Shown here piece by piece: positions 45,532 to 52,657 of a DNA stretch of 55,169 nucleotides (positions within the stretch are counted from its first letter, which is position 1; every line of letters starts with the position of its first letter). Below the pieces are notes generated by a model that was given only the letters and a program-made list of their open reading frames with translations, did not search any database and had not been told where the DNA came from. Source of the DNA: Candidatus Saccharimonadota bacterium (GTDB lineage Bacteria > Patescibacteriota > Saccharimonadia > CAILAD01 > BJGX01); contig DAOLHK010000001.1 of the NCBI GenBank assembly GCA_035329105.1, positions 27,955 through 83,123 on the forward strand, given 5' to 3'. The translations under genes and the position numbers were made by a program.

Positions 45532-47358
45532 CTATTTACGCTTACGCTTGTTTGGATCGAGCTCTTTTTTACGTAGTCGCAGAGATTTTGGTGTGACCTC
45601 CAAGAGTTCATCATCTTCAATAAAATCTATACATTCTTCTAGGCTCATCTTGACCGGTGGCATGAGTTGTACGATACCATCACTAGAGCTAGTACGCATA
45701 TTGGTAAGTTGCTTGCCCTTGCAGACATTGATCTCCATGTCTTCGGATCTGTTATTGAGCCCGATGATTTGGCCTGCGTAGACCTTGACATTCGGCTCTA
45801 CAAAACAAACTCCACGTTCCTCAGCCTTTTGCAGTGAGTAAGCAGTGGTAGTGCCAGTCTCAAATGCTATAAGTGCACCGCTGCGTAACTGTTTGAGTGC
45901 GCTACCTTGTTCTTGGTAGCCTATCATCAGGCTGTTGATCACAGCCGCACCCTTGGTGCTCGTCATCAGTACACTACGCAATCCTAGAAGCGCTCGTGTA
46001 GGCAACTCATAGACCAACTTTGTCACACCCTTTGATGTACTGAACTGCTCATTGAGCGTAGCTCGGCGCGTCCCCAGCTCCATTTGAACGGCTCCGACAT
46101 GCTCAGGAGGCACTTCTATACTTAGCTCCTCTAGTGGCTCTAATGTCTTGTCGCCATCTTGCTTGGTCACGACTTGTGGACGGCCAACTTCTAGCTCATA
46201 GCCCTCTCGCCTAAGTGATTCTATGAGTACACTCAAGTGCAATTCGCCTCTACCACTCACCAAGAACCCTATGTCGCTTGCTTCTACCTGCAATCCGACG
46301 TTGGTTTCGAGCTCTTTTTGTAATCTATTACCAATTTGACGTGATGTAGTGAATTCGCCTTCTGTACCTTTTACGGGGCTAGTATTGGGACCGATATAAA
46401 TTTTAAGAGTTGGAGCTTCTACTTCCAAAACCGGCATGGCCTCGGGATTATTTACATCAGCAATAGTTTCACCAATTTGTGCATCAGCGACACCAGTAAG
46501 CTGCACAATATCGCCAGCAATAGCCGATTTTGCCTCGATAGTAGTTAGTCCTCTACTAATAAAAACATTGTCTATGCTGGTTTTGGTTTGAGTGCCATCT
46601 TTTTTACATAACATTATAGTATCACCTGGTTTAACTTGGCCACGATTTACTCTTCCAATAGCATACTTACCCTTGTAGTTATCCCAGCGCAGTGCTGTCA
46701 CAAGCATCTGAAAATCACCACCTAGTTCTACATCTGGAGCTGGAATATTATCTATAATTGCCTTGAATAAAACGTCTAAATTGCTATCTAAATTCATGTC
46801 AGCTGGCATTTGCGACCAAGCTTTGCCCTCACGGCTTATTGCGTAATAGACGGGGTAATGCAACTGATCTTCGTGCACGGCTAGCTCAAGGAATAAATCC
46901 GCAAGTTCATCTTCTACTTCAGCAACTCGACTACCTGACTTGTCTATCTTATTAATCACCACAATTGGTTTGAGCCCACCAATAAGAGCCTTTTGCAATA
47001 CAAATTTAGTTTGTGGCATCGGGCCTTCTTGGGCATCTACTATCAACAGACATCCGTCAGCCATATTGAGGGTGCGCTCTACCTCGCCGCTAAAGTCTGC
47101 GTGTCCTGGGGTATCGATAATGTTTATGCGGTAGTCATTATAATTTACGGCCGTGGTTTTGGCTGTGATAGTAATACCACGCTCACGCTCTTGATCGCCA
47201 CTATCCATTATTAAGCTTTGGCTCATCTCGGCTTGGTTATCTCTAAATGTCTGAGATTGCTTAAGTAGCCCATCTACCAGGGTAGTCTTGCCATGGTCTA
47301 CGTGAGCGATAATAGCGATATTGCGTATTTTGGTGGGGTCTTGGGTTTGGTCTGACAT
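45532..47358 (-). CDS. typA: Translational GTPase TypA/BipA
   Basis: 608 aa from MSDQTQDPTKIRNIAIIAHVDHGKTTLVD. The tracked start at 47469 adds 37 non-conserved residues. Confidence 0.95.
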   Translation of the reverse strand: MSDQTQDPTKIRNIAIIAHVDHGKTTLVDGLLKQSQTFRDNQAEMSQSLIMDSGDQERERGITITAKTTAVNYNDYRINIIDTPGHADFSGEVERTLNMADGCLLIVDAQEGPMPQTKFVLQKALIGGLKPIVVINKIDKSGSRVAEVEDELADLFLELAVHEDQLHYPVYYAISREGKAWSQMPADMNLDSNLDVLFKAIIDNIPAPDVELGGDFQMLVTALRWDNYKGKYAIGRVNRGQVKPGDTIMLCKKDGTQTKTSIDNVFISRGLTTIEAKSAIAGDIVQLTGVADAQIGETIADVNNPEAMPVLEVEAPTLKIYIGPNTSPVKGTEGEFTTSRQIGNRLQKELETNVGLQVEASDIGFLVSGRGELHLSVLIESLRREGYELEVGRPQVVTKQDGDKTLEPLEELSIEVPPEHVGAVQMELGTRRATLNEQFSTSKGVTKLVYELPTRALLGLRSVLMTSTKGAAVINSLMIGYQEQGSALKQLRSGALIAFETGTTTAYSLQKAEERGVCFVEPNVKVYAGQIIGLNNRSEDMEINVCKGKQLTNMRTSSSDGIVQLMPPVKMSLEECIDFIEDDELLEVTPKSLRLRKKELDPNKRKRK

Positions 47359-47472
47359 AAAGTCCTTCTGATCTTTTGAGTAAAAAATAATAGCGCTTAG
47401 CAACTGTAAATGCTCTCGCGCTACATATTCTTTCACTATAGCATCATATAAGATAAAACACAAGCACATATA

Positions 47473-47501
47473 TTGACATAATTAATGTTTAATGTTAATA
47501 T
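47473..47501 (+). promoter_or_regulatory. Candidate promoter of the GC-rich orphan 47573..47911
   Basis: TTGACA (47473-47478), a 17-nt spacer, then TAATAT (47496-47501). Confidence 0.5.
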
Positions 47502-47572
47502 AGTTTCAATTCCTGCATGGATGTGCAGGTGGCTCACGAGATAGTGAGTATCAGAGCAAGGAGATGAGACGG

Positions 47573-47911
47573 ATGTCTTATCATCACGCAGTTGAAATCA
47601 CCAACGGACCGTCGCTACATGACATGAATGGCTCGGTCATGTACGGGCCCAAGATGAGGCCAGTATCTCTCCGCCTTCACTACACCCACACGGGTGAAGG
47701 CGAGGAGCTAAAGGGCTGGGTCGAGGCAATGGTGCTTACCAGGCCTGTTGCCGATCGTTGTCGGTGGTTCATCCGCTTCAGGATCGCTCAAGAACGTGGT
47801 GACTTAGGGCCGCGCTACCGGCACTTCTACTACGACTCGTACAACCGCGAGGGGTTCGAGCTGCCAGACGATCACCCGATGTGCCTGCTCGAGCAGTTCC
47901 TCTACTGCTGA
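47573..47911 (+). CDS. Orphan hypothetical protein (112 aa) in ~57-60% GC DNA
   Basis: AAGGAG lies 9 nt upstream of the ATG at 47573, whereas the tracked ATG at 47564 abuts the SD. One 60-nt line (47641-47700) counts 36 G+C. No family recognised. Confidence 0.6.
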   Translation: MSYHHAVEITNGPSLHDMNGSVMYGPKMRPVSLRLHYTHTGEGEELKGWVEAMVLTRPVADRCRWFIRFRIAQERGDLGPRYRHFYYDSYNREGFELPDDHPMCLLEQFLYC

Positions 47912-47991
47912 TATCATCAGCCGCCCGCCGGGAGCGTTATCTCGGTGCATCACCCAAGTCTATAATATTATTGTAGATTTAGGTATTTGCA
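47912..47991 (+). repeat. Copy B of the ~75-nt 3' module shared with 22249..22323
   Basis: TCATCAGCCGCCCGCCGG (47914-47931), GCATCACCCAAG (47947-47958) and TTGTAGATTTAGGT (47971-47984). Imperfect stem ACCCAAGTCTA/TAGATTTAGGT. It fills the gap between two converging stop codons. Confidence 0.45.
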
Positions 47992-49566
47992 CTAAAACAA
48001 TGACTGTTGCTCAAACGACTTATTACTGGCTGGTAAGCCTATAGCATTTCCCTGCAAAACTTCACCCCTAGTCAGAGCTATTAAGAATTCAAAGATACGC
48101 ACCATGGCATAGGTATCAAGCTCACAGTATTGTCGAAGACTCTCCATTAGCTTGGCCTTCTCAGCTTCACTATTCTTGTCAGTATAGACAGCCTCCATCC
48201 ATAGCCTTTGAGCGGTAGCTCCCTCAGATATGTCCATATCCTTGTAGCTTAGTTCTGGTGCTAATACTGGCAGTACATTCTTGATGCTTGCCGACCCCAT
48301 GAAGTCCTTGTCTACATAGTGACCATTCTTGAACGGCAACATCAGGTCCAATACTCTGTCATTGACTTGAGCCAAAAATACAGCATAGTCAGGTTGCAGT
48401 TCTGCCATGAGATTATTACAAGTTTTCTCAAATCCCTCATACCACACTAGTACGCTTCCCTTGTCACCAATATCACTTTGCAATTGTGCAAGTAGCTCTG
48501 GTACTGGATTGGTATCGAGCGTATGTAAGAATTCTCGATGCTCTAGATCAGCATCTAGGCTCTTAAGTATGTGTAATGAATACTGAAAAGGTAGTTGTTG
48601 GTATGGTTTCAGACCATCAAAAGGCGGAACTATAGAGGATAGTGTCTCATAGTCTAGAAAATATATAGGATATTCTAGCTTATCTATAAACTTAGCTATT
48701 TTGCCAGTATCTACTAGCGGCTCACCTAGCCTGGTAGCTTCAATCTGTCGTTTCTGTACGGGCTTGAGCTCGAATGTATCTGGGATATCGACAATCGAAC
48801 TAATATGCATATCCTCAAGATTCCCAATCTGCTCGGGTGTAACTTGTGCCAAACTATAGATAGAATACTTATCGTCTGTAGGCTTGATACTCAATAAGAT
48901 ATCAATCCACTCTTTATATCCACCAAGTTTGACTCGCCTAGGAGTAGGATCCGGCATCGACTCAAGTCCTATCGTATTGATCGCTGCTACAATATTACGT
49001 CTAGTTGATTCTAATTTGGATTTGACTTGTATGGTTACATCTTCTTTGCAAGTCATTTGCTTAGCATCAATTTCACCATGACGCACGTAGCTATTGTTGC
49101 AATATATCACTGATATATTTCTTACCTTATAGCCAGCTCCTTCTAATACAATTACCTGAAATGCCAAATCCTCAATATGATCAGGCTTGACCTTGGTGCT
49201 AGACTTGATCTCATATAAATCGAAAGTATTTTCTTCCACCAACTCGATCACATCCACTATACAAGTGATGCTATATCTATCTATATCAGCTTCAAATCTT
49301 CCTTGAGTCAGCACCTTGGCTCCGTCCGCCAAAGCTTTCTTGGTCCTATCAGGCATCGAGAGATACTCATTGTAGTTTTCAAACCCTACTCTGACTATGT
49401 CGCTAAATAATTCTTCAGCATACTTTTCAAATAAGTTACCGGCATCAAACATAGCTTGCAAGTTGGCATCTGGTTCGGGAAGCTTCTTCTTGTCATGTCG
49501 TTTGAGCCATAGCCAAGCAGGATGCTTCAAGAACATCATATATTCTGATTTGCTCAAGGTAATCAT
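47992..49566 (-). CDS. DUF2779-like protein (putative nuclease-fold protein)
   Basis: 524 aa. N-terminal LSKSEYMMFLKHPAWLWLK matches my recollection of the DUF2779 start. Assignment unverified. Confidence 0.6.
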   Translation of the reverse strand: MITLSKSEYMMFLKHPAWLWLKRHDKKKLPEPDANLQAMFDAGNLFEKYAEELFSDIVRVGFENYNEYLSMPDRTKKALADGAKVLTQGRFEADIDRYSITCIVDVIELVEENTFDLYEIKSSTKVKPDHIEDLAFQVIVLEGAGYKVRNISVIYCNNSYVRHGEIDAKQMTCKEDVTIQVKSKLESTRRNIVAAINTIGLESMPDPTPRRVKLGGYKEWIDILLSIKPTDDKYSIYSLAQVTPEQIGNLEDMHISSIVDIPDTFELKPVQKRQIEATRLGEPLVDTGKIAKFIDKLEYPIYFLDYETLSSIVPPFDGLKPYQQLPFQYSLHILKSLDADLEHREFLHTLDTNPVPELLAQLQSDIGDKGSVLVWYEGFEKTCNNLMAELQPDYAVFLAQVNDRVLDLMLPFKNGHYVDKDFMGSASIKNVLPVLAPELSYKDMDISEGATAQRLWMEAVYTDKNSEAEKAKLMESLRQYCELDTYAMVRIFEFLIALTRGEVLQGNAIGLPASNKSFEQQSLF

Positions 49567-49607
49567 ATTAACAATTATACCTCAGTTTGCTTATATCGTT
49601 GATAAAC

Positions 49608-49647
49608 AGCTTAAATCGTTGTCAATTTAAGCTAATTAATATAGAAT
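49608..49647 (+). promoter_or_regulatory. Perfect 9-bp inverted repeat overlapping a candidate promoter of the J-domain gene
   Basis: AGCTTAAAT (49608-49616), an 8-nt spacer, then ATTTAAGCT (49625-49633). TTGTCA (49619-24), a 17-nt spacer, then TAGAAT (49642-47). Confidence 0.4.
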
Positions 49648-49687
49648 ATTTACGATCATTTCATACTCAACCAGAGGTGATGGACCT

Positions 49688-50119
49688 ATGACACAACAGC
49701 TCAAGAAAACCTTGTATGAGATATTGGGTGTTAGCCCAGACGCTACATGCGAAGAGATTAAAACTAAATATCGCTTGTTAGTCAAGCAGCTACACCCCGA
49801 TACTGGCAGTAAGACAACTACAGAAGAATTTAGGGATATAACCTATGCATACCACACACTCTCAGATCCTTCACTACGCGAAGCATACGACAAAAGTATC
49901 GCTGGGAGTGCTGGGAATGCATACTCAGTTACTAATCCATCCAAGAATGATACAAAACGTCGCGCTTTTGAGGTACTGAGACAAACCATACTAAGCAGTA
50001 TCAATGTCGTTTTTGCCTACGGTTCTGAGTTGTTTTGGATTATCCGAGCCTATGCCATATATGCATTGATTGTTGCGCTGTTGCTAGCTGTAGTCTTTGT
50101 TGTCCTGCTAATTCAATAA
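49688..50119 (+). CDS. J-domain protein with C-terminal membrane anchor
   Basis: 143 aa. LYEILGVSPDATCEEIKTKYRLLVKQLHPDTG (HPD present). C-terminal hydrophobic segment IYALIVALLLAVVFVVLLI. Confidence 0.85.
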   Translation: MTQQLKKTLYEILGVSPDATCEEIKTKYRLLVKQLHPDTGSKTTTEEFRDITYAYHTLSDPSLREAYDKSIAGSAGNAYSVTNPSKNDTKRRAFEVLRQTILSSINVVFAYGSELFWIIRAYAIYALIVALLLAVVFVVLLIQ

Positions 50120-50137
50120 GGCGCTGATACTACCTGC

Positions 50138-50162
50138 AGACCTACACCTTTCGTGTAGGTCT
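50138..50162. terminator. Hairpin between converging genes
   Basis: AGACCTACAC (50138-50147) pairs with GTGTAGGTCT (50153-50162). Confidence 0.6.
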
Positions 50163-50164
50163 CA

Positions 50165-51004
50165 TTATTTACCACTCACAAACTTCTCTACCACATGAGC
50201 AATAATGTTACTATATCCCTTAGTCAGGTCATGCCGAGAATTGGTCTTGTAGACCTTGATATTGTCATATTTACTTAGTGCTTCAATATGTTGAGATATG
50301 ATAAGTACATCAAACTTGCCGTAAATGATACTAATCGGTATCTTTAGTTTTTTGATATCTGACTCTACATTTTGATGTTCTATAGTATTTTTCAAGCTCT
50401 CACTAAATGCGTACCAACTATGTTCCTGGAGCTCTATTTGGCGTATACCTAGCTTGTGCAACATCGCAGCTGTCTTCATAGCAAAGTCTTTTTGTTCCCG
50501 CAACATTCTATATACCCGGAAGTAAATGTTCTCCGAATCTTTCTGCCAGAACCTTAGCTTCTGATCGCTTAGTTCACTTCGTTTGTATATCGGTAATGAA
50601 CACAATACCAGATCCAAAACTTTTTCTGGATACGTAACTGCATAGTGAGTAGCTACAATCGAGCCCATCGAATGTCCTACAAAATGAGCTGGTTTTCTGA
50701 TGCCGCTTTTTTTCAGACTATAGTGCACCGCGTAAGTATGATCATCAACATCATATTTGATATTGGTAGGAGCTGGAGAAAGCCCAAACCCAAGTAGATC
50801 TACCAGCACAATCTTGTGCTTACCTATTAATGGCTCTACGACTAGCTCCCATACAGTAGTGTTGCTGGCGATACCGTGCAAGAACACTATTGGATTACCT
50901 GGTCCATCGATGATTTCTACATTGAGCTTTTTTTTGACTTTGAGCCGATAACTCAGCCATCGCTTGAATAGGGAGTATTTAACTGAAAACTTTATGTAGC
51001 TCAT
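50165..51004 (-). CDS. Alpha/beta hydrolase
   Basis: 279 aa. IVFLHGIASN and the GHSMGS nucleophile elbow. Confidence 0.8.
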   Translation of the reverse strand: MSYIKFSVKYSLFKRWLSYRLKVKKKLNVEIIDGPGNPIVFLHGIASNTTVWELVVEPLIGKHKIVLVDLLGFGLSPAPTNIKYDVDDHTYAVHYSLKKSGIRKPAHFVGHSMGSIVATHYAVTYPEKVLDLVLCSLPIYKRSELSDQKLRFWQKDSENIYFRVYRMLREQKDFAMKTAAMLHKLGIRQIELQEHSWYAFSESLKNTIEHQNVESDIKKLKIPISIIYGKFDVLIISQHIEALSKYDNIKVYKTNSRHDLTKGYSNIIAHVVEKFVSGK

Positions 51005-51044
51005 GATTATATTGTACAGCTAGTCAGGCATTATATGCCAATAT

Positions 51045-51092
51045 AAAAAAGCCTACTATGCATTTTCTCCTTCTAGTTAATGCATAATAGGC
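51045..51092 (-). terminator. Rho-independent terminator of 51099..51485
   Basis: GCCTACTATGCATT (51051-51064) pairs with AATGCATAATAGGC (51079-51092) with one mismatch. The A-run at 51045-51050 becomes the U-tract on the minus strand. Confidence 0.6.
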
Positions 51093-51098
51093 TATAGC

Positions 51099-51485
51099 TT
51101 AGGGGTGGATAAATTCGGGAAGTTCAATCCCCTCAACATGCCTAGGGTCAAGTCTGCACCCGTCAGCAGGGTACAAGAAGATCTCATCCTCATATGGGTC
51201 AGTCGGGACGAACAACCTCAGTATGCCTGTTTCCGTGAGTTCTTCCTCATCATAGCGATAAAGTCTTTCTTGATAACAGAATGAATTGACCTGACATTTT
51301 AACCATGTGTGGGAATTTGGACCCAAGACATTCTTGGAGGCAACCCAGAAGCACACCACCTCTAGTGTGCCGTCGTTTAGTACTATTATCTCGATATCGC
51401 CCCTAAGGACATACTGCCGACCACGCTTACGTGTCTCTATCTGCCCGTAGGCAAATCTAGAAAGAACGATTTGTGTAAGGTGCAT
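51099..51485 (-). CDS. Orphan hypothetical protein, 128 aa
   Basis: ATG at 51485 with an AGGGGAG SD, preferred over the tracked TTG at 51521. C-terminus ends HVEGIELPEFIHP. GC above background. Confidence 0.6.
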   Translation of the reverse strand: MHLTQIVLSRFAYGQIETRKRGRQYVLRGDIEIIVLNDGTLEVVCFWVASKNVLGPNSHTWLKCQVNSFCYQERLYRYDEEELTETGILRLFVPTDPYEDEIFLYPADGCRLDPRHVEGIELPEFIHP

Positions 51486-51580
51486 TTTTCTCCCCTTATC
51501 GCTGGAACTATTGAGGCGCAAATTGCTGCTTGAGATTCTACTTCAAATTCAAGTTCCAGTCAATCAACACTCTCTGGATA

Positions 51581-52090
51581 TTAATTCACCAATTCCCAGT
51601 TAACAGATATGTTATTTTTATAGTCCTGCTCACTAGTGGGATTGATAAAGATTGTAATGAGTTGATCTGCCTTTTTGTATTCTTTGATATATTGCTCAGT
51701 GCTTATTTGACCGACTCCAACGGTAGCAGTCCATCCCTTTGCTACTAGCTCGTCATCATAGTATTTTGCAATAGTTGCCAAGTCGTCATTGGTATTAACC
51801 GTCACATTGATACCTTCATTTACAGTGTCAGTTTTTTTACTGAGGCTGATTAATTCTCCATTGGGATATTGTGGCAATCCAGCCGATATATATGCATCGG
51901 GATAGACCTCGATATCTTTAGCCAGCTCTACCACGGCCTGCTGCTCTTTGGTCAGTACTGGCTTAGAAAGATATTTGATTGCAAAATAAGCTATGCCACC
52001 AAAAAATACCAACACGCCCAATACTATTACAAATACAATGACTACAATGTGTTTGGACGATTTTGCAGTGTTACTATTGGATTTGCTCAT
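51581..52090 (-). CDS. Membrane-anchored extracytoplasmic small protein, 169 aa
   Basis: N-terminal TM (IVVIVFVIVLGVLVFFGGIAYFAI) followed by a ~120-aa domain. No family recognised. Confidence 0.65.
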   Translation of the reverse strand: MSKSNSNTAKSSKHIVVIVFVIVLGVLVFFGGIAYFAIKYLSKPVLTKEQQAVVELAKDIEVYPDAYISAGLPQYPNGELISLSKKTDTVNEGINVTVNTNDDLATIAKYYDDELVAKGWTATVGVGQISTEQYIKEYKKADQLITIFINPTSEQDYKNNISVNWELVN

Positions 52091-52155
52091 GTATTTATTT
52101 TAACACAAGCACTAACTTCCAAACCTATAAGATAGATTTATAGACTTAGAAATTC

Positions 52156-52182
52156 ATCTCACTGCATAGTTTGCAGTGAGAT
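52156..52182 (-). terminator. Perfect 11-bp hairpin abutting the stop of 52184..52546
   Basis: ATCTCACTGCA (52156-52166) pairs with TGCAGTGAGAT (52172-52182). Confidence 0.55.
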
Positions 52183-52183
52183 A

Positions 52184-52546
52184 CTAAGATATCTGTGCCC
52201 ACATGAAATTGCAATTCTCTGGATTGCTATAAAGCTTGACTCGACCAATAGCCACGCCCAACACGAGTATCATATTGACAAAGCTCATATCGGACGCCCA
52301 AATGTTGCCTGCCCGATCGTAGCAAGCTTCAGAAATGGGTGCTCCTGGTCCGTTTACTGCGTAAAACTTGGCTGGGAACATCTCCAATATTGCCTCGATA
52401 TCCCCTAGATGACTACCAACCCTTGCTGGATGAAGAGTTATACGCACACCATCAGGGTTTATCACTACCCAGTACAATCTATCTGCATCCGTGAAACTAT
52501 AGATGCAGTTAAGATATATCGCTTCCACGCGTTCAGCATAGATCAT
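52184..52546 (-). CDS. Orphan hypothetical protein, 120 aa
   Basis: AAGGAG SD 6 nt upstream of the ATG. No family recognised. GC above background. Confidence 0.6.
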   Translation of the reverse strand: MIYAERVEAIYLNCIYSFTDADRLYWVVINPDGVRITLHPARVGSHLGDIEAILEMFPAKFYAVNGPGAPISEACYDRAGNIWASDMSFVNMILVLGVAIGRVKLYSNPENCNFMWAQIS

Positions 52547-52657
52547 TGCAAGCTCCTTTGTATTGCGAGCAAGGTACGAAATCTCTTCTAGAGTTATGCG
52601 CGATATTTTAGCATAAAAATTTATTATTTTCTATATCTAGAACATCATCAATTCATA

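Noticed and set aside
47359-47469. N-terminal extensions in the ORF track: typA to 47469, rplU from 40589, 51099-gene to 51521, 21790 and 47564 starts
   Set aside because: The conserved N-termini and/or SD positions favour the shorter starts given in the features. The extensions are non-conserved and hydrophobic or odd in composition.
49608-49633. CIRCE heat-shock operator upstream of the J-domain gene
   Set aside because: The geometry is similar (9-bp arms, 8-nt spacer), but the arm sequence AGCTTAAAT does not match TTAGCACTC.
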